From an uncultured Methanosarcinaceae archaeon (GTDB taxonomy: Archaea; Halobacteriota; Methanosarcinia; Methanosarcinales; Methanosarcinaceae), in NCBI GenBank assembly GCA_963847185.1, contig CAWJYV010000008.1, forward strand, positions 928,001-992,000: DNA of 64,000 bases, written 5' to 3'. The notes under the pieces are model-generated. The model did not search any database. It was not told where the DNA came from and was given only the letters and a program-made list of their open reading frames with translations. Made by a program: the position numbers and the translations under genes. Below, piece after piece: positions 31,172 through 42,465 of this stretch; within the stretch, counting starts at the first letter, position 1, and every line of letters starts with the position of its first letter.

Positions 31172-32398
31172 ATGAGAAACTCAACCTACCTTAAAATGGG
31201 TCTGAACATGCTTCTGCATAGTAAACTTCGAAGCTGGCTGACCATTATCGGGATAGTTATAGGAGTCGGATCTGTAATTGGCATTATTTCTTTAGGGGAT
31301 TCTATGGAGGCAAACGTACAGAGCAAGCTAGCTGATCTGGATCTGACAAAAATAACCATAAGCCCTGGGTATACTAAAGCATCATCTAACGTGCATGGCC
31401 CTCCTAGAATGGAGGGTAGTACATCGACAGATGCTGAATTAACAAAAGATGATATTGACGCACTCCAGGGCTTGGAAAATATACGATATATTGAAGGAGA
31501 AATTTCTGGCAGGGAAGAGGTGAGATATTCAGGAGAAACTGCAACTCTTTCAATTACAGGTGTGGATCCCCAGGTCTGGAAGTACATGACTACTCTGAAA
31601 ACGCAATCAGGGAGATTGCTCGAACCAGCAGATAAATATGTTGCAGTGATTGGAAGCGAAATTGCCAGTGAAACTTATGACCATGAAATTGGAGTCAACC
31701 AGGTAATATCAATAAACAACAAATCAGTTCGGGTTGTCGGAGTACTGGAAGAAAAAGGAGAGGGAGACGACTCTAAAATCTATATGCCAATAGATGGAGC
31801 AGTAGATCTTATAGAAGATGCGGAAGAAGATGTTTATGATACCATCACTGTAAAAGCCAAGAGTGAAGATCTTGTGGACGGACTGATGGGAAACATCGAA
31901 AAAAAGCTCATGATCTCAAGACATATCATCCAGGAAGATGACAGGGACTTTTCCATAATGGCCTCCAAGTCTTTGGCTGAATCTGTGACCGAAATGATGA
32001 GTTCAATGACTCTTTTCCTAGGAGCCATTGCAGCGGTATCCCTGCTTGTAGGAGCTGTCGGCATCGCTAACACTATGTTTACTTCCGTCCTTGAAAAGAC
32101 AAAGGAAATAGGAACTATGAAAGCCATAGGAGCGAAAAATAAGGATATCCTTATGATTTTCCTCTTTAATTCCGCAATGGTAGGTCTTGTTGGTGGTATT
32201 CTTGGAGTTATTCTGGGATCGGTTGTTTCCTCTGGTCTCCAGACAATGATGGGAGGCGATATGACACCACATGGTGTTGGAATCTTCTTAATGTTTGAAG
32301 GACTTGCCCTTGCAGTTTTGATAGGAGTGATCTCAGGAGTAGTACCTGCTTACAGAGCTTCGAAATTGAAGCCAGTAGACGCACTTAGATATGAATAA
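31172..32398 (+). CDS. ABC transporter permease (MacB/FtsX family)
   Basis: RSWLTIIGIVIG, SVLEKTKEIGTMKAIGA, PVDALRYE. Confidence 0.93.
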   Translation: MRNSTYLKMGLNMLLHSKLRSWLTIIGIVIGVGSVIGIISLGDSMEANVQSKLADLDLTKITISPGYTKASSNVHGPPRMEGSTSTDAELTKDDIDALQGLENIRYIEGEISGREEVRYSGETATLSITGVDPQVWKYMTTLKTQSGRLLEPADKYVAVIGSEIASETYDHEIGVNQVISINNKSVRVVGVLEEKGEGDDSKIYMPIDGAVDLIEDAEEDVYDTITVKAKSEDLVDGLMGNIEKKLMISRHIIQEDDRDFSIMASKSLAESVTEMMSSMTLFLGAIAAVSLLVGAVGIANTMFTSVLEKTKEIGTMKAIGAKNKDILMIFLFNSAMVGLVGGILGVILGSVVSSGLQTMMGGDMTPHGVGIFLMFEGLALAVLIGVISGVVPAYRASKLKPVDALRYE

Positions 32399-32479
32399 GA
32401 TGGAAATGAACGGGGATTCACCCCTTCTTATTTCCTGCTTTATTGAAAGTGAGTATCTCAACAATGCCTAAAAAATATG

Positions 32480-33466
32480 TTAGCTGTCAGAATAAAGCCC
32501 AGTTCTCCGATCTTCAAAGACAGGAATCATTTTGCGGACTTCCCCATTTCTTGACAGATCAAGGTCATGAACTATTATGCACTCTTTCTCTCCTGCATCG
32601 GCTTTCACCTCGCCCCAGGCATCAATTATCATTGAGTTTCCAAAGTAGCTGCAGTCGGGGGCAGGACCTGTGCGGTTGCAGGCAATGTGCGGGATCTGGT
32701 TTTCGATTGCTCTTGCCTTGGCAAGAATCTTCCAGTGTTCTGATCTGGGATTTGGAAAAGCGGCTGTAGTTACGAGGAGATCGGAACCGGCAAGGGCAAG
32801 TTTTCGTGCAACTTCAGGGAAGCGAAGTTCGTAACAAATTTCGAAACCTATTCTCAAATTCTGTTTTCTCAGAGTTATGGGCTCGATTGAGTTACCCTTA
32901 CAAAAATACTGGTTTTCTTTCTTGAAAGGATGAGTCTTCCGATAAGTGCCTGCAAGGATTCCGGATTCAAAGCAAAAGCCGAGATTATAATAAAGAGTAG
33001 AATTATTAGGACCAGATAAAGCAGAATTATTGGAATTAGAGGGAACTGAGCTGTTAGATCCGGAGATAGTAGATTTATTGGAGTTAAAAAGAAGAGAGTT
33101 CTTAGATTCAGAAAGAGTAGAATTATTAAAGTCGATAGAGGCCCCATTGACCGTAAGTTCTTTCGACAAAGTCGCTTTCTCGATTATTGAGCCTATGAGC
33201 ACGCAGTCATTGGCTTTGGAAAAGCATGCAAGGTTTTCAAGGGTGGGAGAAGGAAGATTTTCTGCGGTGTGGTCGAAGTTCTCGTAGCAAAAGCCTGTGG
33301 AAAAAACTTCCGGAAAAACGATGATTTCCGCTCCTTTTTCCACGGCTTCGAGGGCCATGTAGAGCGCTTTTTCAAGATTTTCCTGCTTTCTGCAGTGAAG
33401 TACGTCCATCTGGACACAGGCAACTTTCATGATTTTACCGCCAAATTTAGATTTGAATTCTGACAT
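32480..33466 (-). CDS. carbon-nitrogen hydrolase (nitrilase family)
   Basis: catalytic E-K-C triad: FPE, YRKTH, ICYELRFPE; start at 33466 or 33430. Confidence 0.9.
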   Translation of the reverse strand: MSEFKSKFGGKIMKVACVQMDVLHCRKQENLEKALYMALEAVEKGAEIIVFPEVFSTGFCYENFDHTAENLPSPTLENLACFSKANDCVLIGSIIEKATLSKELTVNGASIDFNNSTLSESKNSLLFNSNKSTISGSNSSVPSNSNNSALSGPNNSTLYYNLGFCFESGILAGTYRKTHPFKKENQYFCKGNSIEPITLRKQNLRIGFEICYELRFPEVARKLALAGSDLLVTTAAFPNPRSEHWKILAKARAIENQIPHIACNRTGPAPDCSYFGNSMIIDAWGEVKADAGEKECIIVHDLDLSRNGEVRKMIPVFEDRRTGLYSDS

Positions 33467-33500
33467 CTTATAATTTTCAGAACCTCTAAGCTGAATATTT

Positions 33501-34190
33501 TCAGGGAACAAGGGTAGTCTGCTTGCTTTTTGCAACCAGGCCTTCAAGGTTAATCCTGTGTTTTATCAACCCTGTAAGCACCTCATTTGCAAGCTTTGTA
33601 ACTTCTTCATTATTTCCTCTTATTTCATATGCAGGGTCATCAGGGGGAATCTCAATTCTTGTAACATCAGCCCTCGCTTTTTTCAGATGTGAATCCGGGG
33701 ACTCACAGACCATTCCAGGTTTTGCCAGATACTTGTCAAGTTGTCCTTGCATAATTCCTATCTGTTTTAATTCCTTACGGAAGCAAGGCCTTTCAAACAA
33801 TTTGGAGATCACATATACTCCAACAGGAATCTTGAGGTCCAAGTCAATTTTATTGAGCTGTGTCATGAAAATTGAATAAATCTCTTCAGGATCGGAATGT
33901 TCAGGATGCTTGAATACTTTGCCTTTTTCGGGCACGGATTCCCTATCTTTTTCGGTTAATTTTTCCATTTCTTTTTCTGGCAGAGCATATATTTTGGAAG
34001 GAGGAATATCCTTTTCCTCCAGAATTTCAAGGTCTCGGAGAGCTCTGAGATAACCTGTGAGGATCAAACGATGCTCATCTATACCTTCAGCTTTCAGTTC
34101 TCTTGAAAGCCCGCTGATTGAGAGCTGCCTGCCCTCCAGCAGTTCCAGAAGTTTTAAATTGAGTTTCTCTTCCATCTTTATCGACATCAT
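33501..34190 (-). CDS. hypothetical protein with N-terminal winged-helix-like domain
   Basis: 229 aa; LSISGLSREL..HRLILTGYLRAL. Confidence 0.75.
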   Translation of the reverse strand: MMSIKMEEKLNLKLLELLEGRQLSISGLSRELKAEGIDEHRLILTGYLRALRDLEILEEKDIPPSKIYALPEKEMEKLTEKDRESVPEKGKVFKHPEHSDPEEIYSIFMTQLNKIDLDLKIPVGVYVISKLFERPCFRKELKQIGIMQGQLDKYLAKPGMVCESPDSHLKKARADVTRIEIPPDDPAYEIRGNNEEVTKLANEVLTGLIKHRINLEGLVAKSKQTTLVP

Positions 34191-35115
34191 GGTTAATTAT
34201 TAATAGTGAACCCCTCAAGCTTCAGGCCAGAAAAAATACAGTCTCTCGCCAGAGCAATTGAGTGTAACGGTTGAATCTTTTTCCATACCTTTCAAATAGA
34301 CCGAAATTTTCCCTGTTTTAAAGGCAAGAAGCGAGAAAACCGCAGGCAGTAATAAACACGATGTAATTTATCCTGAATAATATAAAGCTTATGAGAGAGA
34401 TTTTAAAAGAGCCAAAATAAAGAGTTGGAAAGATAACTTTTGTGTATATAGCAAAGAAATGATCAAATCACATAAATAACTTAAAAATTCTCCTTACAGG
34501 TGTAAAGGGAAAAATCCTTTGGATAACTATTTAATACTCTATAATGAATCGGAACCTGCTAATCACAAATAGGGATATATTATACTCACTATTACTTAAC
34601 TAAGTATAAATTATCTTTTTTCAGGGATAATGGTTGGAGGGCAATGCTTAAAAATAATAATTGCTATCTGGATTAGGTTTAATTTGATTGTTTTTCAAGG
34701 ATGCAGAGAGAATTACAAATTAATTCCTGAAAAATTATTCACAGGCAAAGCATATGCACATCCTGACCATTTTAAACTGTTTGAAGTTTTATTTCAAGAT
34801 GCATATGTTTATTCGTGGATTGTTTAACAAATTACTTGAAAATAATACATCTAAGCATTATATCCTGTAAATATTCTGTAAATCTCATAGTCTTTGCTTC
34901 CTGATTCAGATCTCTTAAACCCGGTAAATCGGTCCCCTCAAAAGAAGTTCATCTTATTGGGTCTATCTTTAAGAGAATCCACATATATTGATATTTAATA
35001 AAAATTATATATTCATTTAACGCTATTTGCGTTTCTTACCGTCTGTTGCCGAATGCCTGTAATGGGTTAGGAGTCACAGGCAAACCTATCATTAGTGCTT
35101 ATTATGGAGAATGGT

Positions 35116-36153
35116 ATGCATCATAATGTATTCACAGATAACCCAACAGTTCCAATAGATGTAAAAGACAGGTCTGTAAGCGAATTGATAGACGGGATGC
35201 TTAAAACAGGTTTTCAGGGAAGGAAGCTGGCTGAATCCGTCCAGGCCTGGCACAACATGCTGAAAGAAAAGAACATGACAGTACTTATGGGCTTATCAGG
35301 AGCTATGGTCCCTGCTGGTATGCGCAGGGTAATTTCCTATATGATCCGGGAGAGAATGATAGACTGTCTGGTGAGTACGGGAGCAAATCTATTCCATGAT
35401 TCGCATGAGGCTCTTGGCAAGAAACATTATGTAGGTTCCCATCTAGCTGACGATGAAAAACTCTTCGAGCACGGAGTAGACAGAATCTACGATGTCTTTG
35501 CAGTAGAAGAAGAGTTCAGGACAGCAGATAATCTGATTGCAGATTTTGCAGAGAAAATTGGAGAGATTTCCTGTTCATCAAGGGAGTTTATGTACCTGCT
35601 TGGAGAGGAGCTTGCAAGGCGTGGAGGCGCTGAAGATTCTATAGTTGTGAGTGCATACAGGTATAATGTCCCTATCTTTGTTCCTGCACTTTCTGATAGC
35701 TCAATAGGAATAGGGCTTACAATTGCAAGAAGAAGAGGATTAAAGCTCGAGATAGATCAGATAAAAGACGTTGACGAGATTACTCAGATTGTGGAAAAAT
35801 CAGGGAAAACCGGTGTCGTCTATGTTGGAGGCGGAGTCCCGAAGAATTTTATTCAGCAGACTGAAGTGATCGCTTCTATTCTTGGAATGGATGCAGGGGG
35901 GCATGATTATGCAATCCAGTATACCTCTGATTCTCCTCACTGGGGAGGACTTTCAGGCTGTACTTTTGACGAAGCTGTTTCCTGGGGAAAAATTGCAGCT
36001 CAGGCAAAAAAAGTGCAGGTTTTTGTGGATGCAACTATTGCTCTTCCGATTATTGCCCATGCTCTGCACGAAAAATGCCGTGGACTGAAGCGCAGTGCCC
36101 CTGTTTACACGTGGGAAGGGCCTGAAGGTCTGGATATCACTTACGATGAATAA
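35116..36153 (+). CDS. dys: deoxyhypusine synthase
   Basis: GFQG, SGAMVPAG, STGANL, GGGVPKN, GGLSGCT..EAVSWGK; ATG at 35116 after GGAG. Confidence 0.93.
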   Translation: MHHNVFTDNPTVPIDVKDRSVSELIDGMLKTGFQGRKLAESVQAWHNMLKEKNMTVLMGLSGAMVPAGMRRVISYMIRERMIDCLVSTGANLFHDSHEALGKKHYVGSHLADDEKLFEHGVDRIYDVFAVEEEFRTADNLIADFAEKIGEISCSSREFMYLLGEELARRGGAEDSIVVSAYRYNVPIFVPALSDSSIGIGLTIARRRGLKLEIDQIKDVDEITQIVEKSGKTGVVYVGGGVPKNFIQQTEVIASILGMDAGGHDYAIQYTSDSPHWGGLSGCTFDEAVSWGKIAAQAKKVQVFVDATIALPIIAHALHEKCRGLKRSAPVYTWEGPEGLDITYDE

Positions 36154-36216
36154 CAACATTACAAATCTTTATTATATTTGAAAGCTTATAACATAAGACG
36201 AAACGGAGAGGAGTAC

Positions 36217-36738
36217 ATGGGTAAACGAACTCGGATTATTAACGATCCTTCCTATCTAGTGCCATTGCTCAGGACTTTTGGGTCAAGAACTCACAAAAGA
36301 ATATTCGATGCACTTTCAAACAAATGGATGACTAGGCTGGAAATAGACGAGTTTATAGGCTCAGACTCATCAAAAAGCCTTCATATTCTCAAAAAAGCCG
36401 GACTCCTTGAAAGTCAGTGGAGAGTTCCCGAGGCAGGCCAGAAGCCTTCCAAAGAATATCATAGTTCTTATTCCAAGGTTCAGGTTAACTTCCAGTGTTC
36501 TTTTGAAGATCTGAGCGATATTATTATGCTGACCTTCAAACCATATGAAGAGGTCAAAGATGCGATAGAAGAGCTGGAAAGGCTGGTAGAAGAAGGCAAT
36601 ACTTCCATGAGTAACCTCACGCGGACTCTTAATAAGAATCCGTTCTATATCTGTGCTGTTGCCAGACGGTCTGAAAGGCTTTCCGTAATGGGGCAGAGAT
36701 TAAAATTAATTGAAGATGTAGAGGAGAATTACGATTGA
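36217..36738 (+). CDS. ArsR-like HTH protein (conserved in methanogens)
   Basis: GAGGAG RBS then ATG at 36217; LKKAGLLESQWR. Confidence 0.8.
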   Translation: MGKRTRIINDPSYLVPLLRTFGSRTHKRIFDALSNKWMTRLEIDEFIGSDSSKSLHILKKAGLLESQWRVPEAGQKPSKEYHSSYSKVQVNFQCSFEDLSDIIMLTFKPYEEVKDAIEELERLVEEGNTSMSNLTRTLNKNPFYICAVARRSERLSVMGQRLKLIEDVEENYD

Positions 36739-37526
36739 TGATTAAAATCCTCCAGACTAAGAGCGGAGTAACCAAATTTCAGGTCCTTATTGAAGTTGCA
36801 GCCCATCAGCCGAATGTCAGGCAAAAGGAAATTGCCGCAAAAATCGGAATTACTCCCCAGGCGGTTTCGGAATATATTAAGGAGCTTGTAAATGATGGGC
36901 TGATTGTCACTGAGGGCCGGGTCCGGTACAGGATTACAAAAGAAGGCGTGGAATGGGTTCTTGAAAACGCCGCAGAAATGAAGCGGTACGCCCGCTTCGT
37001 TATGGAGGATATAATCAGCCATGTCTCAACCTGGACAGCTATTACAAAAGAGGACGTGAAAGAAGGGCAGCAGGTTTACCTGAAAATGGAGAACGGGCTC
37101 CTATATGTAAGCAGTACGGAAAATACAGGTGCATCAGGTACTGCCATATCCGATGCAGCAGCAGGCGATGATGTAGGAGTAACCAGCCTCAAAGGCCTGA
37201 TTGATCTGGAAAATGCGACCATTACAATCTGTAAGGTTCCTAGGGTTGAACGCGGTGGCTCAAGAAAAGTGGATCTAGAGCGCTTGAAAATGCTGGTAGG
37301 CTCAAAGCCCTATATTGCAGCTATTGGTGTCGAAGCGCTTATTTCTCTGCGCAAGCTTGGGGTAAGCCCGAATGTTATGTTCGGAACTAATGAGTCCGTT
37401 ATCGAGGCGGCATACCATGGGCTCTCGTCTCTTGTTGTTTCTGTAGATGAACAGGTTTCTTCTCTTCTTAACAGATTGGAAACCGAGAATCTGGAGTATG
37501 AACTTGTAGACCTTACGCTCGAGTAA
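36735..37526 (+). CDS. winged-helix transcriptional regulator (COG1497-like)
   Basis: QKEIAAKIGITPQAVSEYIKEL HTH; overlaps the upstream stop codon. Confidence 0.85.
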   Translation: MMIKILQTKSGVTKFQVLIEVAAHQPNVRQKEIAAKIGITPQAVSEYIKELVNDGLIVTEGRVRYRITKEGVEWVLENAAEMKRYARFVMEDIISHVSTWTAITKEDVKEGQQVYLKMENGLLYVSSTENTGASGTAISDAAAGDDVGVTSLKGLIDLENATITICKVPRVERGGSRKVDLERLKMLVGSKPYIAAIGVEALISLRKLGVSPNVMFGTNESVIEAAYHGLSSLVVSVDEQVSSLLNRLETENLEYELVDLTLE

Positions 37527-37754
37527 GTTATCCTTATTTTTATTTTTTAGTTGAGATGTCTCGGATTTTATTGTTCGGGACTATAATCTGCTATTTATTA
37601 GAATTGTTTTTGGTTTAGTGAGCATATAGTCAGTTATTTTTAAAGTTAATTTCTGCCTGCCGGGAATTTAAGGTTCGCTGCTTTTAGCTGCAGGTTTTTA
37701 TCTTTAAAGGCTATAATCTCTAAAGGCTATAGATTAATAAACCGGAGATTTTCC

Positions 37755-38315
37755 ATGAAACTTATTGCACTTTCAGATACTCATATGAAAACCGGAGAAA
37801 TCCCTCCGCAACTCCAAACTCTTCTTAATGAGTGTGATCTGGTCGTCCATGCAGGGGACTTCAGTACTCTGGAAACCTATCAGGCGTTTAATTCCAGCGG
37901 CAAGTTAAAAGCCGTTTTCGGAAATGATGATACTCCAGAGCTCAAAAGGCTTCTTCCTGAAAGGCTGATATTTGAAGTAGAGGGGGTAAAAATAGGGGTC
38001 GTGCATGAGGGGGGTCTTTCGGTTATAGATACTACTTCCCAGGGCTATCTGGCAAAAGAAATGGAAGTAGATATCCTTATTTTCGGGCATCTGCACCGCC
38101 CTTTGATTGAGAAAAAAGATGTAATGCTTGTCTGCCCTGGTTCTCCTACCAAACCCAGAATGTCAAGTCCAAGTGTTGTAGAACTCATAATAGAAAAAGG
38201 AAGCATTAGTGGGCGGATAATTCCTCTTGAGGGGGATACTTGCGGATATTTAAAATTCCAGGATTCCCTTAAAGAGCGCAAAGATGGCGAAGATCTTGAC
38301 AAAAAAAAGGCCTAA
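37755..38315 (+). CDS. YfcE-type metallophosphoesterase
   Basis: SDTH, HAGD, GNDD, GHLH, PGS motifs. Confidence 0.92.
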   Translation: MKLIALSDTHMKTGEIPPQLQTLLNECDLVVHAGDFSTLETYQAFNSSGKLKAVFGNDDTPELKRLLPERLIFEVEGVKIGVVHEGGLSVIDTTSQGYLAKEMEVDILIFGHLHRPLIEKKDVMLVCPGSPTKPRMSSPSVVELIIEKGSISGRIIPLEGDTCGYLKFQDSLKERKDGEDLDKKKA

Positions 38316-38461
38316 TGACCTGGTTTGCAGGTGAAGACCTGTAAAAGAATTTAATCTGAATTCCCCCTGAACAGAGCTTTAAATAAGTTTGTTGCCGAAT
38401 TTTCGGCATACGCCTTGCTAATAAAGTTTCAGGCACTTCTTTTTTGGCAAGTTTTCTCAGT

Positions 38462-38683
38462 TTACATTGTCTCCAGCTTGAACATTACTCCTGTGCCCTG
38501 GAGGCTCAGGTATACTTTATCTCCAAACTCGAGAATCTTCTCAACACTAACATTGCTGTTCCAATTATATACAAAATCGTAGCTACCCTGCATGGGTTCG
38601 AAGCCCAGAGACATCAATCTTCTGTTAATCTCTGACGGACGAGCCCCTTCGCTACTGAACCAGACAAGAAGATAGGTTTTCAC
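38462..38683 (-). CDS. small conserved hypothetical protein
   Basis: 73 aa, GTG start, natural composition (FSSEGARPSE, G.YDFVY.W). Confidence 0.7.
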   Translation of the reverse strand: MKTYLLVWFSSEGARPSEINRRLMSLGFEPMQGSYDFVYNWNSNVSVEKILEFGDKVYLSLQGTGVMFKLETM

Positions 38684-39090
38684 AGGATCATCTCACATTA
38701 CAATTTCCTGATTCTTTTTATGTTAATTCGCTTTCAAATGCATATTCCTTATTTTATATCATGTCTCGGTTATTTATTTATATTTTGCTTCTTCTTCTCT
38801 AAAGCCAGTAAAAATAAAAATATTTGCTAATCCAATCAAAAAATTAAATCAACCTGAAAGTGGGAATAGAATAGAGAAAATACGGAGAAACAAGATGGAA
38901 AAGGGGAAATAAGAGAGAAAAATAACAGGGAACGGAAGAACAGAGGATAAGAAACGAAAAAAAGGGGAGAATAGGCAAGGAAAATAGAACGGATAAGAAA
39001 ATACAAAAATTTCCTGGGAAACCGGAAATGAGTGATATTCGATTTGAAAAATTAGGGGTATTTTACACCCCTGGCAGGTTGCCCGTGAAT

Positions 39091-39660
39091 TCATGCTCTT
39101 TCTTTAAGAGATTCAAGGGCCTTTTTAACCATTCCACTGTAGACTTCCGTGTCAGTAGAATAATGCTCTTTTGCAAGCTTTGAGTTCTGATCTTCCTCTG
39201 TTTTAAGTGCCCTTATCCTCTCAAGAGTCTGTTTTGAAGTGTCAAGCACCCAGAGATCACGGGTAATTTCGTCCACTTGCTGGATGGACTCTGGGCGAAT
39301 GGAGGTAAGGACATTTCCGTCGTCCGTGGTATATGTGCTGGTCTTGCCTACAACTGCTACAAAAGCCGGTAATTCACATTCAGCAAGGAACTGAGCTGCT
39401 TCGGGCTGATATTGTCCGGCATAGACAAGGAAGGAACCTGTGGGGTCGGAAATCCTGCCTCTCCAGTATTCGGAGTCAGAGCCGATATCTTCTTTTTCGA
39501 TAAGTGTGCCTACAAGGAAGATGCGGTTTACTTTTGCTCCTGTTGGGGTCAGGACGTACTGTGGAGCATACTGGTCACTTTCGTCCCGTGAAGCTAGGTT
39601 TGAGTCTTTTAACTCCTGAGCAAAAACTCTGCGGGCTACTTCTCTAAAAAAGCCTGCCAT
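39091..39660 (-). CDS. RPA-associated OB-fold protein
   Basis: REVARRVFA, PTGAKVNR, DPTG.F.VYAGQYQP; adjacent to rpa. Confidence 0.88.
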   Translation of the reverse strand: MAGFFREVARRVFAQELKDSNLASRDESDQYAPQYVLTPTGAKVNRIFLVGTLIEKEDIGSDSEYWRGRISDPTGSFLVYAGQYQPEAAQFLAECELPAFVAVVGKTSTYTTDDGNVLTSIRPESIQQVDEITRDLWVLDTSKQTLERIRALKTEEDQNSKLAKEHYSTDTEVYSGMVKKALESLKERA

Positions 39661-40917
39661 TTACTCCACCTCCATTTCAGTAATCATTTCTTCAAGGAGC
39701 TCTCTGTCCAGAGAAGCTCTTGGAGTAATTGAATCTACAAGGATGTAGCGATCAAGTTTGTGCCCGGTAACTGTGTAGTATCTACCTACAAGTTCATGCT
39801 TCAATTTATCCAGGACAACTCCGGGATCAAGGGCGTCAGCAGCCATTGCAATTGCACTATCCAGAGAAAGCCCCACAAGCTCTTCAGTAAGTTCCCTGTT
39901 AATTAGAGCATCCTGAGTAGAGGTTCCCGAATCCAGGACAGCTTTTATCCTTAGATCGTATTCACCCTTTACTTTCCCATGCTCTGGACAGGCACCCTTA
40001 ACCAGAGCCCTCTTGCACTCAGGGCAGCGCTTTATAAGTCCTGAACCGGTCTGGATATCTACCATTGCACCAAAATACGTGACTGCAGAGGATCCGACTG
40101 AGATATCTTCATCAAGCTCTTCTATGGAACTCGATCTGTTAAGCTGGATTTGAGCCTTACCGCTCCATTCATTGACAACTATGTTTTTCAGGAGGTAACT
40201 TTTGCCTTCTTCCATATCCGGAAGTTCGGAACTGGCCCAGTTGGTGAATTTGATGACACCTGTAGGATCTCCCAGAAGTCCTGCCTGTTCAATGGATTCG
40301 TGAGAGTTCTCCCAGAGCTGAACTACTTTCCCTTTAACTGTAGCCCACTGCCCTCCGATAAGGTCAGCAATATTTCTGAGTTCTGCCTCTCTTGCAGTTG
40401 GAATGAAGTCTCCGCCTCCGACATCAACGGCTTCAGCCAGTTTTTCTATTGAAGTGTTCTTGTTGAGTTGAACCTGGAATCTGCCGTTATACTCTCCGAC
40501 TACAACACTCCTGAAAAGATAACTCTCTCCCTGTTCTAGCTTGGGAAGTTCAGCATTTTTCCATTCTGTAAATTTTATAATTCCTGTTTCGTCCCCAAGG
40601 AGCCCTACCTGAGATATGGATTCATGAGTATTTTCCCAGAGCTGGACAACCTTAGCCTTAAGATTTGCCCATTGCCCGTTCTCTGAAAAGTCCGCAATTT
40701 TGGTCAGCTGCGGCTCAGCCTGCCTCATGTAAAACTCATTCTTAGGAATTGAATACTTCTTCAAAAGATAATTGGTCACGCTGCGCTGGGCTTCGTTGGA
40801 AGGAACTTTGAATTTGGTAATCAATTCATTAAGTCTGGTTTCGATGTCTTCCTGCGGTACATCGATGCCAAGCTTTAAAAACCGGTCTTTAATTGATTCT
40901 GTTATTTGTTTCATCAT
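39661..40917 (-). CDS. rpa: replication protein A (two OB folds plus Zn finger)
   Basis: two VVQLWE..GLLGD.TG.IKF OB repeats; CPEC..C..H; GAGGT RBS before ATG at 40917. Confidence 0.9.
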   Translation of the reverse strand: MMKQITESIKDRFLKLGIDVPQEDIETRLNELITKFKVPSNEAQRSVTNYLLKKYSIPKNEFYMRQAEPQLTKIADFSENGQWANLKAKVVQLWENTHESISQVGLLGDETGIIKFTEWKNAELPKLEQGESYLFRSVVVGEYNGRFQVQLNKNTSIEKLAEAVDVGGGDFIPTAREAELRNIADLIGGQWATVKGKVVQLWENSHESIEQAGLLGDPTGVIKFTNWASSELPDMEEGKSYLLKNIVVNEWSGKAQIQLNRSSSIEELDEDISVGSSAVTYFGAMVDIQTGSGLIKRCPECKRALVKGACPEHGKVKGEYDLRIKAVLDSGTSTQDALINRELTEELVGLSLDSAIAMAADALDPGVVLDKLKHELVGRYYTVTGHKLDRYILVDSITPRASLDRELLEEMITEMEVE

Positions 40918-41509
40918 TTCTACCTCAAGCCTCTTGTTCATTTTTATTTTTATAGAGAGGCGCTTTTAGGTACTACGTTACAGAATATAAAGCTTAGGAA
41001 AGCGGAGTGAAAGTATTTTTGATACGGTAATAATCTCTCTGAAAACTGCTCTTAAAGACTGAAAAGCCCTGTAGAATTAATCTCCGAAAATTCATTTCTC
41101 TTCCAGGGAATATGTTTTTCAGGCTGTTTTTTGAAAATTCTCCTGAAATATAGCCGCTTCCAGATTGCTTTTCTTCTTTAAAATTATTTCAACTTTTCAT
41201 TTGAATTTTTTTTTGATAGATATGTCTGCCTAATCCATATAAACTTATTTGTAGAGGATATCTCAAGAACTTATTACCTTAAAAGTTGTATTCGTAGACT
41301 TAGCCAGAGGACTATTTCCTTACAACTGCAGGTTAGCAAAAGAAGTTCTTAGAAATTTTTAAATGGTTAAGGTTAATCTACTCAAAAGCAGGATTTTGTC
41401 CAAATAATGATAGGATTAAATTGGAGATTAAATAAAGAAAGCTCATCCCATTTCTATGCATCTAATCTCCAGTAAAAAGACTCAATGACATACTTTATAC
41501 TGCCTGAAA

Positions 41510-41917
41510 TCAGGCAGTAGTTTCCCTTGTTATGATATAAGCGACCATCCCAGGGTTAAGCTTTCTTTCCCTTGAAACTTTTGCCTCAATTTCCTCAGTG
41601 GGTTTGCCCTCTAGTTTCATTTCTTTTATTTTTTCGATCACTGAAGATGGGATGGTGTAATATTCGTTTATATCTTTTCTGTGGCCCCATACATCTCCTT
41701 CAAGCAGCTGAATTCTCTGCATCTCAAGGAACATTTCTATTGATTTTGAAATCGTAGCCATGTAAGATTTTGGTAACTGGATTACCTCAACCTTCGGACA
41801 GGTCTCAACAAGTCCGAAAATGTCCTTATTTGAAGGCCTGAAGGCCAGGTGAATGATACGTTCATTAGGATTTAATGTAAAGATTTCTTCTCTGGAACTG
41901 ACTACTCGAATTTTCAT
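41510..41917 (-). CDS. DUF1699 family protein
   Basis: MKIRVVSSREEI..HLAFRPSNKD..GDVWGHRKDINEY; paralogue of 55456. Confidence 0.88.
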   Translation of the reverse strand: MKIRVVSSREEIFTLNPNERIIHLAFRPSNKDIFGLVETCPKVEVIQLPKSYMATISKSIEMFLEMQRIQLLEGDVWGHRKDINEYYTIPSSVIEKIKEMKLEGKPTEEIEAKVSRERKLNPGMVAYIITRETTA

Positions 41918-42465
41918 ATTATTTTCTTTTACCCCTTGTAATTTCTTTTAGTTGTAGTTCAATATATACTAGTTATACTTTCTATAAATATTTATCTCAT
42001 TGAACTAATATTATTTCAATAGTTTTAGAAGATGTGGATTCTGATAAACCTTATAACTTGATCTGAAAAAATTTGATATGGGATAAATTTGATATGGGGT
42101 GAGATTATAAATTTTAATAAATACTTTTTTCTGTTTTTTACTTTATTTCCATTTTGATTCTTCATATTATATTTTTTTCTAAAAACTGATTAAATTATAT
42201 AAGTTAATTATGAGTGAAATACAAAGTAGGCTCATTTATGAAGTCGAAAATCTGTCCTCTTATCATCTTTTTCCACATTATAAGTCTCCTATATTTGCTA
42301 ATACATATGACAGATAAATCCCGGCATTAAAGGCAGCCGTATAGTTCTGTGCCTCAGCTTTTGGATTAACTTCTTTGTCAAACTGTCCTACCTGATCAGT
42401 TAAAGCTGATATAAAGACCAGTGGAGATTCTGTATAAGCAAATATATTGGCTACTATAACACCAT

